This document shows positions 36,892-47,089 of a DNA stretch of 64,000 nucleotides, piece after piece. Under the pieces are notes generated by a model, which searched no databases, was not told where the DNA came from, and was given only the letters and a program-made list of their open reading frames with translations. The translations under genes and the position numbers were made by a program. The stretch lies in NCBI GenBank assembly GCA_965263035.1, contig OZ253580.1:3680001-3744000 (forward strand). Direction: 5' to 3'. Origin of the DNA: Acidobacteriota bacterium. GTDB taxonomy: Bacteria; Acidobacteriota; UBA6911; RPQK01; JAJDTT01. How positions within the stretch are numbered: the first letter of the stretch is position 1; each line of letters starts with the position of its first letter.

Positions 36892-37446
36892 TCAGTTATG
36901 GCACAGCTTGCAGGCCTGCTCTCGGCTCACGATCAGATGGTCCGCCGCGGTGGAGCCATGGGCGTTGTGGCATTGCCCACAATTCCGCAGGACGTGGGGC
37001 GCGTGCTGGTGGGTCTCGACGAAAGAGGCCTTGCCGTGACAGGAGAAGCAGCTTCTCTTGGAGCGGAAACGTCCCCGCCGGCTCACCGTGTGACATTGTT
37101 GGCAGTCGATGGCGAACGGGGGATGCAGGCGGAAGGAAGCGAAGCCCTCGGGCGCTCCCTCTCCCACGAAAAAGCGGATCTCACGGCGTCCGCCCTCCCA
37201 GACCAGCGCCAGCGAGTGCTCACCGGGAGCCGGAGTCAACTTGGCATGGAAAACGTTGGGAAAGGGTTCCTGGGCGGGAAGGACCTGGCCGTCCAGTTCC
37301 AGCCGGCCCCCGGGGCCGGTGGCCGCGATGCTGATCTCTCCCTCGGGCAGGATCGACTGGTCGGACGGCCGGACGATCTTTCCCTCCTGACCGGCGGAGG
37401 CCGGGGAGAGCAGACCGAGAATTGCGGCGGCAACCAGGGTTCTCAC
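36892..37446 (-). CDS. Tetrahaem cytochrome c
   Basis: Signal peptide; CQQCH, CFSCH, CGQCH, CKLCH. Confidence 0.88.
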   Translation of the reverse strand: MRTLVAAAILGLLSPASAGQEGKIVRPSDQSILPEGEISIAATGPGGRLELDGQVLPAQEPFPNVFHAKLTPAPGEHSLALVWEGGRREIRFFVGEGAPEGFASFRLHPPFAIDCQQCHTVSRRGRFRSKRSCFSCHGKASFVETHQHAPHVLRNCGQCHNAHGSTAADHLIVSREQACKLCHN

Positions 37447-38210
37447 AGGTGGAGCCGGCAGATGTAACCCGAGTATCGGCTCTTCGTATCGACCCCGCCG
37501 GGACCGATGCCGGCGTCCGTGTAGTAGAAGACCCCCTGGTGGAGGGTCATCCCATGGGGATCGGGGTCGGACCGGCTCAACTGGATGGCCTCCATGATGC
37601 GGCCGTCTTTGGCGTCCAGCCGGTGGATCACGTAGTCATTGGAGAACATGCACCAGATGGAGCCGTCGTCCCACGCCAGGCCGTGGGCCCGCCCCAGGGT
37701 CACCGGGACGGAGTGACGGATGCGGAAATCGGGATCCACCTGGGTCAGGCTCTCGCTGCTCAGGGTGGTGATCCAGAGGGTGTTCTCGGCCCAGGTGAGG
37801 CCGTGCACGCCTCCGCCGCCGGGGATCGGATGCCGTGCCAGCGTCTTGCCCGTTTCCGGATCGACCTTCAGCACCCGGCCGGTCTTGGCGTCGGTGGGTC
37901 TGGGCTCCCTTCTCAGAGCGGGTCCGTTGGCCGCCATCCAGAGGTAACCGCCGCCGTAGGCCATGCCGCTGGTGTTGGTGGACTCGGTAGGGACCTCCCG
38001 CAACGGCTTGCCCGTCTTCCAGTCCAGGAGATAGGCCTTGTTGGTGAGCTGCTCGCCGACCCAGAGGCCGTCGCCGGTGGCCTCCAAGGCGTTGGGATAG
38101 CGGTCGGGAGAGGGCCAAAGGGGCTCCACCCTGGGCTTGCGGACCGGATAATCCCTGGGCCCCAGTGCGGCTGCCGCCAACAGTTCCAGAAATTCTCTGC
38201 GATAGAACAT
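37443..38210 (-). CDS. Tat-exported beta-propeller protein
   Basis: ATG 38210 overlaps the upstream stop; RREFL motif; repeats GMAYGGGYLW, HGLTWAENTLW, HGLAWDDGSIW. Confidence 0.75.
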   Translation of the reverse strand: MFYRREFLELLAAAALGPRDYPVRKPRVEPLWPSPDRYPNALEATGDGLWVGEQLTNKAYLLDWKTGKPLREVPTESTNTSGMAYGGGYLWMAANGPALRREPRPTDAKTGRVLKVDPETGKTLARHPIPGGGGVHGLTWAENTLWITTLSSESLTQVDPDFRIRHSVPVTLGRAHGLAWDDGSIWCMFSNDYVIHRLDAKDGRIMEAIQLSRSDPDPHGMTLHQGVFYYTDAGIGPGGVDTKSRYSGYICRLHL

Positions 38211-39412
38211 CAGATACTCCGAATCCGAACCAGGGACTTGTCGATGTCGGCAATTCCAGCGACGCCGGCCATCCCCATATCCAGCGCCAGCTCTACCCGG
38301 AGCAGTTCCAGTACCCGGGAGACTCCCCGGTGGCCGAAGCAGGTCAGCCCCCAGAGATAGGGACGAGCCACACCCACCGCCGTAGCTCCCAGAGCTAGGG
38401 CCTTCAGAATGTCGCCGCCGCGTCGAAACCCTCCATCCACCAGTACGGGCAGGCGGCCTTTGGCCGCGGCGACGCACTCGGGCAGAGCCTCGATGGTGCC
38501 GCCCACGTGATCCAGTTGCCGGGCCCCGTGGTTGGAGACGACGACCGCCGCCACGCCCCGCTCCGCGCACTTGGCGGTGTCCTCGGCCGTCATGACGCCC
38601 TTGATCATGAGCGGCAGATCCGTCATCTCCATCAGCCGGTCGATCGTCTCCCAGGTCGGAGTGGGAAAGGGCCGCTCGGGATAGACGCCGGTCCGCCAAG
38701 GGCGGTCCTGGGGCTGGTAGATCAGATTGCCGTCGGCGTCCCTGGGGATTCCGGTTTCGCACCAGCGGCGCACGAATCGGTGGTAGATGCTCCGTTCCCG
38801 GTAGGAGACATGCATGTTGTCGACGGTGAAGCAGATGCCGCCGGCCCCCAGATCCTCCAGCCGCTCCACGAAGTCCAGCATGGTGTCTTCGGTTCTGAAC
38901 TCTCCGCCGGTGGTGTACTGCCACCATGGCTCGGGTCCCTCGCCCGACTCCAGGAATTCGTCGATGCCGCCGTTGGTGACGAACATGGCTCCGGAAGCCG
39001 CCGCGCCGCGGGCGGCCTCCTCTTCTCCCCCCGGAAAGAAGCAGTTCTTGCCGCCGGCCGGACAGACGAAGATGGGATAGTCCAGTTTCCGTCCCAGGAA
39101 ATCGACCGAGGTGTCGATCTTGTGGACGTCGGTCAGGATCTTGGGCCGGAGGATGATCCGCTCGAAGGCCCTCCGGTTGTCGCGGAGGGACACTTCGTCC
39201 TGGGAGCCTTCGGCCATGTAGTCCCACGCCACCGGGTCCAGTTTGGACTGGGCCAACTTGGCGAAGTCGAACACGTTGACCAGATCCAGAAGCTGCTTCT
39301 GGTTTTCCGGGGACGAAAGCGCGGATTCGAGCAGGCCGGACCGTCCCGCCAGAAGTGGTGAAGAGATCAGGAACTGGGCAAAGGCTGCTAGGGCGTGACG
39401 TCGAGTGAGCAT
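38210..39412 (-). CDS. FMN-dependent alpha-hydroxy-acid oxidase/dehydrogenase, Tat-like signal
   Basis: SNHGARQLD, DGGFRRGGDILKALALGA; TRRHAL N-terminus. Confidence 0.92.
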   Translation of the reverse strand: MLTRRHALAAFAQFLISSPLLAGRSGLLESALSSPENQKQLLDLVNVFDFAKLAQSKLDPVAWDYMAEGSQDEVSLRDNRRAFERIILRPKILTDVHKIDTSVDFLGRKLDYPIFVCPAGGKNCFFPGGEEEAARGAAASGAMFVTNGGIDEFLESGEGPEPWWQYTTGGEFRTEDTMLDFVERLEDLGAGGICFTVDNMHVSYRERSIYHRFVRRWCETGIPRDADGNLIYQPQDRPWRTGVYPERPFPTPTWETIDRLMEMTDLPLMIKGVMTAEDTAKCAERGVAAVVVSNHGARQLDHVGGTIEALPECVAAAKGRLPVLVDGGFRRGGDILKALALGATAVGVARPYLWGLTCFGHRGVSRVLELLRVELALDMGMAGVAGIADIDKSLVRIRSI

Positions 39413-39576
39413 CAAGGACGATCGGTTTTTCGGCAGACCCGCTTCGGGTTCAGTCTAGCAGTTGCCGGACTGCCCCGAAACCCGGCACCTACGCCAAAGG
39501 GGTGAACCGTAGCCTCGGCGCTTGGTCGCGGCCGGAGCGCTTGTGGAATAATTGCCGCCCAACCGGGAGGGGTGCC

Positions 39577-40569
39577 ATGGAGTTGACCTGGGAGCCGACG
39601 GACGCGGACCGGGAGTTGTTCGACAGGGAGTTGGACAGCTTCGTCCCGGACCGGATCTACGACGTCCACGCCCACCTGTACGAGCTGTGGCAATGGAAGA
39701 AGCCGACGATCCTGGAGGGAGGGCCCGAGAAGCTGCCCCTGGAGCGGTACCAGGAAGAGATCAAGTGGATCACTCCGGGACGGGAGACCCACGCCCTGTT
39801 CTTCGGCGGCGGGCTCCACGAGGAGACTTTCCGGGCCTCCAACGAGTACGTGGCGGCCCAAGTGGCCAAGGACCCGGCCTCACGGTCGCTTCTCATCGTC
39901 TCCCCGCACATGGATCCGGAGGAGGTGCGCCAGGAGGTCCGGCGGCTTTCCATGGCGGGTTTGAAGGTGTACCAGCATTTCGCTCCGGGCGAGGAGACTT
40001 GGGAAGCGGAAATCGAGGAGTTCCTGACCGAAGAGCATGTAAGGGTGGCGCATGAAGAAGAACTGGTCATCATGCTCCACATGGTCAAGAGCCGGGCTCT
40101 GGCGGACCCGGTCAACCAGGCTACCATTCGACACTACTGCGAAGCCTATCCCAGGATGCGGCTGGTCCTGGCGCACTCAGGCACCGCCTTCAATCCCCAT
40201 CACACCGCCGCAGGCATCCACTCCCTGGCGGGCCTCGACAACGTCTGGTTCGATACCTCCGCCATGACCGAGACGGGCGCCTTCGAACCCATCGTCCGGC
40301 AGTTCGGCCACACTCGCCTGATGTGGGGGTCCGACTATCCCATCAGCCATCTGCGGGGGCGTTGTGTCGCCATCGGCGACAATCACATCTGGCTGTACGA
40401 GAACAACGTGGACTGGGACACCATCTCCTACCGGAATATCCGGCCCGTCTACCTGGGCCTGGAATCACTGCGGGCGCTCAAGGTGGCGGCCTGGAACCTG
40501 CGCCTGTCGGACTCCCAGATCGAGGACGTCTTCTGGACCAACGCCCGCAAGCTGTTGCGACTGGAGTAG
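39577..40569 (+). CDS. Amidohydrolase family protein
   Basis: DVHAH, LAHSG, FDTS, WGSDYP. Confidence 0.88.
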   Translation: MELTWEPTDADRELFDRELDSFVPDRIYDVHAHLYELWQWKKPTILEGGPEKLPLERYQEEIKWITPGRETHALFFGGGLHEETFRASNEYVAAQVAKDPASRSLLIVSPHMDPEEVRQEVRRLSMAGLKVYQHFAPGEETWEAEIEEFLTEEHVRVAHEEELVIMLHMVKSRALADPVNQATIRHYCEAYPRMRLVLAHSGTAFNPHHTAAGIHSLAGLDNVWFDTSAMTETGAFEPIVRQFGHTRLMWGSDYPISHLRGRCVAIGDNHIWLYENNVDWDTISYRNIRPVYLGLESLRALKVAAWNLRLSDSQIEDVFWTNARKLLRLE

Positions 40570-40617
40570 CCCCCCGGGCCGATGCGGCGCTGCTTGCTCC
40601 GGCGGTCCGGCGCCCGG

Positions 40618-40800
40618 CTACTTGTCCCGAATCTGGACCAGCAACAGGGTGACGGCGAAGGCCAGGAAGCCGACGGCCCCTCTCCAATAGACCACCGCCT
40701 CGTATCCCAGCAGATTCCCCCCTGACAGGAAGCGGGACAGAGTCCCCGAGACGAAAGCCAGGGCGGCCAAGAGGATCAGGGCGTTGATCAGTCGATTCAT
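40618..40800 (-). CDS. Small two-helix membrane protein
   Basis: 60-aa hydrophobic ORF with RBS; paralog at 44603-44818. Confidence 0.7.
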   Translation of the reverse strand: MNRLINALILLAALAFVSGTLSRFLSGGNLLGYEAVVYWRGAVGFLAFAVTLLLVQIRDK

Positions 40801-40908
40801 GGAAGCTCCCCTTCTTGCCCGGTCAAGCACGGAGTGGCCAAGCGTTCTGCTGCTCGACGAAAATACGGGCCGGAATCAATCTCGGATAATCGTGTGGATC
40901 ATCGCCCA

Positions 40909-41349
40909 TCACCTTCTGTGAGGAGGCGGGTGTCGCGACTGGTATTGAGAGACCTGCAATGCGACCTCCTCGGTCGCTCGAATGAGCGCCTCGACCAAAG
41001 GCTCGTTGACGTCGATATCGCCTTCGTATTCGGACAGGTTCCGTTTTCGATGGGCTTGGTCCAGCACGCGCCATTTTTGGTTCGGAAAATCCAGCGTTTG
41101 GCGGAGTCATTGAAACACGATGTAGCGGTTTCTGGCCCGATACCCGGCGATCCGCAACGCCGCCAACGATAACGCGTGCGCCGCGTTATACGCCAAGTCG
41201 AAACGGGACTCGATACTCAGATCGCTGTTTTTCGCGTCTTTCAGTCGCGCCAATCCCGATCGGATCAGGCCGGCGACTTCTCCGGTCGCCGGCGTTTCCT
41301 CCTTGAGAACGCCGATCCTTACGAGATTGTCGAGTCCTTCATGCGGCAT
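40909..41349 (-). pseudogene. HEPN-like toxin with an in-frame TGA at 41107-41109
   Basis: RFDLAYNAAH...NRYIVFQ*LRQTLDFPNQKWRVLDQAHRKRNLSEYEG continues in frame to the stop at 40909. Confidence 0.7.
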
Positions 41350-41998
41350 CGACGGAACCTATGAGTAGGATGTGTGGGCCTTGGAGGACGCTGCTCAGAA
41401 TCCCGGCCTCGGTCGCTCGACGACGCCGGAACTCACTCGACGTGTATAGAGTCGGGCTCACGCGCCGACCAAGCCTCTTTTCGACAGGGGCCAGGGCAGC
41501 GTAGGTCGCTTCCAACGTCAGTTCATCGGAGACCAGAAGAAGATCGATGTCGCTCGCTGCCGTGTCCGCTTGTTTTGCGACCGATCCATAGAGCAGGGCC
41601 AGTTTGAGTTTGTCCGCGAGCGGCTGGAGCGCGGCGCGAACCGGTTCCTTTAGGCCCACGGTCTTTCTGATGATGCTGCACAGCTCGTGGAACAGAGGCG
41701 AGTCGCGATTTGCCTGGTAGTGTTTCTGGTTGCCGATCCTGGAAACCGTCGCCAAACCGCTCTCGGCGAGGCGGCGCAGTTCGCGTTGAACAGCGCCACG
41801 CCCCGAGCCTGCCAAGGCGATGATCTCGGTGACGAAGAAACTGCGGTCCGGCTGACCGAACAGCAGAGCGAACACGCGCTTTTGCGTCGTCGTGAACAGC
41901 GCATCGGTCAGCGAGGAACCGACAAGTCCGTCGTTCCGCCGCTTCGATGCGAGAGGATACGGGGTGGTTTCCGGGGAGTCCGAATCGTTCATACCCAT
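41339..41998 (-). CDS. HTH plus minimal nucleotidyltransferase (MNT) antitoxin
   Basis: N-terminal HTH (GAVQRELRRL); YGSVAK..ASDIDLL. Confidence 0.85.
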   Translation of the reverse strand: MGMNDSDSPETTPYPLASKRRNDGLVGSSLTDALFTTTQKRVFALLFGQPDRSFFVTEIIALAGSGRGAVQRELRRLAESGLATVSRIGNQKHYQANRDSPLFHELCSIIRKTVGLKEPVRAALQPLADKLKLALLYGSVAKQADTAASDIDLLLVSDELTLEATYAALAPVEKRLGRRVSPTLYTSSEFRRRRATEAGILSSVLQGPHILLIGSVDAA

Positions 41999-42028
41999 TT
42001 CGGGGATAATAGTACCTGAAATGGGTAT
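41991..42028. promoter_or_regulatory. Inverted-repeat operator over the MNT start
   Basis: ATACCCATTTC-N16-GAAATGGGTAT. Confidence 0.6.
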
Positions 42029-42154
42029 TTCAAGCCGTACACCATACGGACTGGGCCGGTGGATGGCCCCAGTCGTCGCCTATCTCCAGTGCAGCGTCCT
42101 CGACGGTGGATTCAGTGATCAAGACGTGGGCTTGATCGCCGCTTGGCAAATCGT

Positions 42155-42781
42155 TCATGCCGTCGTCTCGATAATAGCGTCGCGGAATCTTGCAAAGCTC
42201 GTCGACCGGTTTCGGATTGGGTCGACGTATACGGCGATTGCGCGAGCCGCTTTCACCTTCCTTAACCCTCCCCTGAAGTAACCGCAACTCTTCATGACTC
42301 TCTCGAACGCCTTCCATGTACCGCCGCGGATCGCGTCGGGATTGCGGTAGGAAGCTCGGTTGGGAATGCCCGGCGACACTCGCGTATAGGCTCTGCATAC
42401 GGCTTTCCAATCGCCGAAATACCACGCCTCCAATTCCTCGATTGCGATGCGGTTGACCACTTGCCACGGACCGCCCCCGGCCCGTGATCGTGAAAGTAGA
42501 CCCGCCTCGGCTGCCATGGTTTCAAGTTGATCCTTCAGCATCCGGCAATCATCGTTATCGCGATCGACCACCACTACAATTCTGTAGTTCTCCGGAATCC
42601 AGTTGGCATAGCCACGCAGGCGATCTCGCAATTTTCTCAGCAGATCTCTCTTGCCCCGAAAAGAATGGATCGAAAACGTAGGACCCGCGGGCAGCAGGGT
42701 CATCAATACCGTCTGCAGAAACGCCTCCATCGACGGCTCCTCAGTCAGTACTTCCAAGTGGTGCGCCCTCGTCTTTCGCAT
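42155..42781 (-). CDS. DUF4276-like (TOPRIM-type) protein
   Basis: LTEEPSME, GKRDLL, VDRDNDDC, IEELEAWYFGD, NRSTSF. Confidence 0.8.
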   Translation of the reverse strand: MRKTRAHHLEVLTEEPSMEAFLQTVLMTLLPAGPTFSIHSFRGKRDLLRKLRDRLRGYANWIPENYRIVVVVDRDNDDCRMLKDQLETMAAEAGLLSRSRAGGGPWQVVNRIAIEELEAWYFGDWKAVCRAYTRVSPGIPNRASYRNPDAIRGGTWKAFERVMKSCGYFRGGLRKVKAARAIAVYVDPIRNRSTSFARFRDAIIETTA

Positions 42782-42783
42782 CC

Positions 42784-44013
42784 CTATAGATCCAACTTCG
42801 GCGCACCCTCTTCTACTAGTGGATCGCCCACACGGAACTGGCCCTCCATCCACAAGTCACCGAGTTGCGCGCCAGCTTCCACGAACTCGCGCACGCCGCG
42901 AACCTGATCGACGCAACGCGCCTGCGTGTGACCGTCCTCATCGCGCCACAGAATGCGGACTTCCTTGGGCCGTAGCGCATCGAGAAAAAACGGTGAATGA
43001 GTGGTGACGAGCAATTGGGTGCGCTCGCCGGCCGCACGGCACTCCTCGCACAGTTCGTAGAGCAGCCTCGGGTGCAAAAAGTTTTCCGGCTCCTCGATTC
43101 CGATGAAGGGCGGTGGTTTCGGGTCGTACAGCAGCACGAGATAGGCCAGCATCTTCAAGGTGCCGTCGGAGGCGAAACGGGCTAGCACCGGCCGCATGAA
43201 CGGGGCGTCCTTGATCTGGAGCAATAGCCGGCCGTCCGGCATCGTTTCGGTCAGAACACGCTCGATGCGCGGCACGCGCTTGCGCAGAGTGTGGAAGATG
43301 CGCTCAAGTCGAGATGGATGTCGCTCGCCCAGATACTGGATGACATTGGCGAGATTGTCGCCGGTTCTGGTCAGCCGTTCATGCGGCCCCGCTTCTGGTT
43401 GGCCGCGGGTACTTTCTGCGGAAAGATAGGACACGTACCAACCCATGATGAAATCGCGCAATGCTGCCACGCGCGGGTGTTCCTGAAACTGTCCCAGCGC
43501 ATTGACGGCGATTAGATCGGGTGATTTAAGCGGGATCGGCACCCTTTTGTCTTCCACGTCCGGAGCTTCGCCGCTTGCGGCCCAACCTTCACCATTCCAA
43601 TACGTAACAAATTGAAATGGCGCTCCGTAGCTGCCTCGTTTCCACGCCAGCCATTCGCGGACAACTACTGGCCCGCCGTCCTGCTCATCGATGTCCAGAT
43701 GGTAGGTCATCAGAGGCGTTCCCGGGCGCTCGCGGTATTTGATCTCGATGGTCACTGCTTCCTCGGCGCCACGAGTCTTGAGTTCCTTGGCTCTACCGCG
43801 ACGATCCCAAGCGCGTCGCAAGCCAGCTTCGAAACACTCTGCAAGGAAAGCGAACACGTCGAACACCGTAGACTTGCCGCTTCCGTTGGGGCCAAGCAGC
43901 ACCGTTAACGGTGTCAAGCCCACGAATTCCACCTCTCGTAACGCGCGGAAGTTCCGTACCTTCAGGGACTCGATTCTCGGTGGCGTCGCGTACTGTGAGA
44001 CCGCCTGTTTCAT
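42784..44013 (-). CDS. AAA/ABC-type ATPase (AAA_21-like)
   Basis: GPNGSGKS Walker A, SDGT signature, IEEPEN Walker B, TTHSP. Confidence 0.92.
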   Translation of the reverse strand: MKQAVSQYATPPRIESLKVRNFRALREVEFVGLTPLTVLLGPNGSGKSTVFDVFAFLAECFEAGLRRAWDRRGRAKELKTRGAEEAVTIEIKYRERPGTPLMTYHLDIDEQDGGPVVVREWLAWKRGSYGAPFQFVTYWNGEGWAASGEAPDVEDKRVPIPLKSPDLIAVNALGQFQEHPRVAALRDFIMGWYVSYLSAESTRGQPEAGPHERLTRTGDNLANVIQYLGERHPSRLERIFHTLRKRVPRIERVLTETMPDGRLLLQIKDAPFMRPVLARFASDGTLKMLAYLVLLYDPKPPPFIGIEEPENFLHPRLLYELCEECRAAGERTQLLVTTHSPFFLDALRPKEVRILWRDEDGHTQARCVDQVRGVREFVEAGAQLGDLWMEGQFRVGDPLVEEGAPKLDL

Positions 44014-44602
44014 CCCGTTACCTCCGCGCATTTCGAGCCATTCTTGGCCGATGAATCCCGGAAATGAGTCTTCGGTAGCGGCATGTACCGCAGGCCTGAG
44101 ACGGTGCGGGATTCTTCTTCCAATTGGCCCCCACAAGCGAAGAACATTCCTGCCTGTCTTCCCAATTGTTCAACGATCGAAGCACGGGGAATCGTTTGCC
44201 TCATTCCATCGCCCGAGCGGATGCGCCATTCGGCCCACCGCGTTTCGAAACCGTATTCCTGAAGAATCGTGGCAATCTTCGCCGACGTTCAAACAGATCT
44301 CACACACAGAGATAAGGTCCGAATCAAGGTCATCAAACTCCGTCTCGTAGCCGTTCACAACGACCCACATGTTTCGCGGAAAGTTCTGCAATATCCGTAT
44401 CAACCCTCAGACGGTCACGATTTCCCTTCTTCAAGCACTATCCCGTTCGTCCTGACCCCTGTATGTTTCCGGTGAGGCAATTTTACCGGACTGATTAAGG
44501 CATTGCTTCCGATTCCACGTCGGCCCTTACTCCATGAGGCCCTCTGCCGGGATTCCAGCTTCGACGTCGTTGCCTGTGGAGTCCTCTCGGAGATCTGTTA
44601 CC

Positions 44603-44818
44603 CTACGGAAACCTCTTCGATGGAAAGTCCACACAGCCGCGAGAACGGGGATGCCCGTCGGTGACCATGACGGCGAAAGACAGGAAGCCGATAGACCCCC
44701 TCCGGTAGACGACCGCCTCGTTGCCCAACAGATTCCCTCCGCCCAGGAAACGGGCCACAGTCCCCACGATGAAGGCCAGCGCGGCCAGGAATACCAGGAG
44801 GTTGACCAGACGATTCAT
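44603..44818 (-). pseudogene. 3'-truncated paralog of the small membrane protein 40618-40800
   Basis: MNRLVNLLVFLAALAF...GGNLLGNEAVVYRRG..GFLSFAV, then homology stops near 44665. Confidence 0.65.
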
Positions 44819-44996
44819 TGAAGCTCCCCTTTTTCCAGGGTGGCGCCGGAGCCCTTACGGCTACGGTACCGGGACGAACAGATGTTCATTGGCATGACTC
44901 CACGGGCCAGCCTGGCTCTCCCGGACACGATTCCGCGTTGCATTTGCTTCTGCTCCGTATGATAATGTCATGCACAATATCAAAGGAGAATCAGTC

Positions 44997-45260
44997 ATGG
45001 CTGCAAATCAACTCGTCCAGGCCCGCATCGACGGGGCCGTCAAGGAAGAGGCGGCCGCCGTGCTGGCCGCGATAGGCTTGACGGTTTCCGATGCGGTGCG
45101 GCTGCTGTTGACCAAGGTTGCACAGGAAAAGAGACTGCCGTTCGCGCCGCTGATTCCAAACGAAGCCACCATCGAGGCAATGAAGGAAGCCCGAAAGGGC
45201 GGTCTTCCTCAGTTCGACAACGTGCAGGCCCTGATGGACGACCTGCATGCGCAAGATTGA
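44997..45260 (+). CDS. RelB/DinJ-family antitoxin
   Basis: VQARID..KEEAAAVL..IGLTVSDAVRLLL...PNEATIEAM; TTGCAT-17-GATAAT upstream. Confidence 0.9.
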   Translation: MAANQLVQARIDGAVKEEAAAVLAAIGLTVSDAVRLLLTKVAQEKRLPFAPLIPNEATIEAMKEARKGGLPQFDNVQALMDDLHAQD

Positions 45261-45528
45261 GCGCACCAGCCAGTTCAAGCGCGATTACAAACGCGAGGCC
45301 AAGGGCCGGCATCGGGCGTCACTGGACGCTGCGTTGGTGCCCCTCCTGGTGGCCTTGGCCGCTGACCGGCCATTGGAACCCAGGCACCACGACCATTCGT
45401 TGAGCGGCAACTGGAAGGATCACCGCGATTGCCATGTGAAGCCCGATTTGGTGCTGATTTACCTGAAACCCGGCACCGGCACGTTGCGGCTGGTTCGCCT
45501 CGGGTCCCATTCGGAACTCGGGCTTTGA
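45247..45528 (+). CDS. YafQ-family toxin
   Basis: TSQFKRDYK..HDHSLSGNWKDHRDCHVKPDLVLIY..LVRLGSHSEL. Confidence 0.92.
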   Translation: MRKIERTSQFKRDYKREAKGRHRASLDAALVPLLVALAADRPLEPRHHDHSLSGNWKDHRDCHVKPDLVLIYLKPGTGTLRLVRLGSHSELGL

Positions 45529-45586
45529 CTAGCTCCGTGCGATCATCCCGCCCCGGGTAAGAAATGCGGACTGTTAAGGAGACACA

Positions 45587-47083
45587 ATGATCAGATCAAG
45601 TTGCCGCCGGGGCTGCGGGGGCCGGTCTCGGGCCGGGAGTCCGGGCATCTTTCTCCCGATCCTGATGTTCCTCGTTTCACAACCGCACAATGCGGCCGGT
45701 GAACCGGTCCGGGACATCGGCTCCCGGTTGGAGCTTTTCCTTGACGACTACGTGATCGACCGCCTGCAAGGCGCCCGCCTCAAGCTTCACAGCCCCCGGT
45801 CCAAGGGCATCGTGCTGCGTTTCGATCAGCCTTGGGAAGGAGAGTTTTCCGGATTTCCCAGGATCGTCGGCGACGCCGGCGTCTACCGCATGTACTACCG
45901 GGGTCTCCCGCCCTGGAAGAAAGGGGAACCGCTGGTGGAATCCACCTGCGTGGCCGTGAGCCGTGACGGCATTCACTGGGAGAAGCCCAACGTGGGACGG
46001 ATCGAACTCCTGGGCTCGACCCGGAACAACGCCATCTTCGTGGGGAGCGGGTTCGCTCCCTTTCTGGATACCCGTCCCGGGGTGCCCCATTCCCAGCGCC
46101 TCAAGGCGCTCAAGGCGCCCCCCCGGTTGAAGACCGAGATCGGCGTCAGGGCCTACGTCTCCCCCGACGGGGTCCATTGGGAGGAGATGCACGATGCCTA
46201 TCCCGGGGACCGGTTGGGAAGCGTCTTTTGGAGCCCGGTGGAAGATCGCTACGTCCAGTACGTCCGGTCCGACGACGAGAGGAGCGGAGAGCTGATCCGT
46301 TCCGTCAGCCGGGCCACCTCCTCGGATTTCATGACCTGGGGGGAGTTCTCCTTCATGGACTTCGGTTCGAACGGCCCGACCCGGGAGGAGCAGCTTTACA
46401 CAGTCGGCGTCCGTCCCTATTTTCGGGCGCCCCACATCTACCTGGCGCTGGCCGCCCGTTTTCTGCCCAACAAGAGGTCTCTTACCGACGAAGAGTGCCG
46501 AGAATTGGGACGGCATCCGTTGGGAGGCGGTTGCAGCAGCATCGCCGAGGGCGTTTTGCTGAGCATCCGCGCCTCCGAGCCCAACCGGATTCGGTGGACG
46601 TTCCCGGAAGCCTTCGTCCGGCCGGGGCTGGAAGCCAGCAGTTGGAGCGCCAGGACCAACTACCCGGGGAAGGGCTTCATCGCCACCTCGGAGGAGGAGA
46701 TCTCCTTCTACGTCCAGCGGGACTACGGATTCAAGACCAATGGTCTGGAACGCTTCGTGGTGCGGACCGACGGTTTCACCTCGGTTCGGGCGCCTTACGG
46801 CGGCGGCGAATTCCTGACCCGGCCCCTGCGATTCTCGGGAAACGAGCTGGTCCTGAACTACGCGACATCGGCGGCGGGCGGGATTCGCATCGAGGTCCAG
46901 GACCGAAAAGGTCAGCCGATCCCGGGACGGACCCTCGACGACTGCCCGGAGATCATCGGCGACGAGATCGAGCGGGTGGTGCGTTGGAAAGAGGGGGCCG
47001 GTCTGGGCCGGCTCCAGGGGACGGTCGTCCGTTTGCGCTTCGTGATGAAGGACGCCGATCTCTATTCGATCCGATTCCGCTGA
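45587..47083 (+). CDS. Secreted beta-propeller glycoside-hydrolase-like protein
   Basis: SRDGIHWEKP, SPDGVHW, RTDGFTSV..GEFLTRPL; same family as 17832-19310. Confidence 0.75.
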   Translation: MIRSSCRRGCGGRSRAGSPGIFLPILMFLVSQPHNAAGEPVRDIGSRLELFLDDYVIDRLQGARLKLHSPRSKGIVLRFDQPWEGEFSGFPRIVGDAGVYRMYYRGLPPWKKGEPLVESTCVAVSRDGIHWEKPNVGRIELLGSTRNNAIFVGSGFAPFLDTRPGVPHSQRLKALKAPPRLKTEIGVRAYVSPDGVHWEEMHDAYPGDRLGSVFWSPVEDRYVQYVRSDDERSGELIRSVSRATSSDFMTWGEFSFMDFGSNGPTREEQLYTVGVRPYFRAPHIYLALAARFLPNKRSLTDEECRELGRHPLGGGCSSIAEGVLLSIRASEPNRIRWTFPEAFVRPGLEASSWSARTNYPGKGFIATSEEEISFYVQRDYGFKTNGLERFVVRTDGFTSVRAPYGGGEFLTRPLRFSGNELVLNYATSAAGGIRIEVQDRKGQPIPGRTLDDCPEIIGDEIERVVRWKEGAGLGRLQGTVVRLRFVMKDADLYSIRFR

Positions 47084-47089
47084 ATCGCC

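Noticed and set aside
44170-44421. Small ORF (LIRILQNFPRNMWVVVNGYE)
   Set aside because: Probably a decayed gene with a TGA just after a possible GTG start; it cannot be assigned
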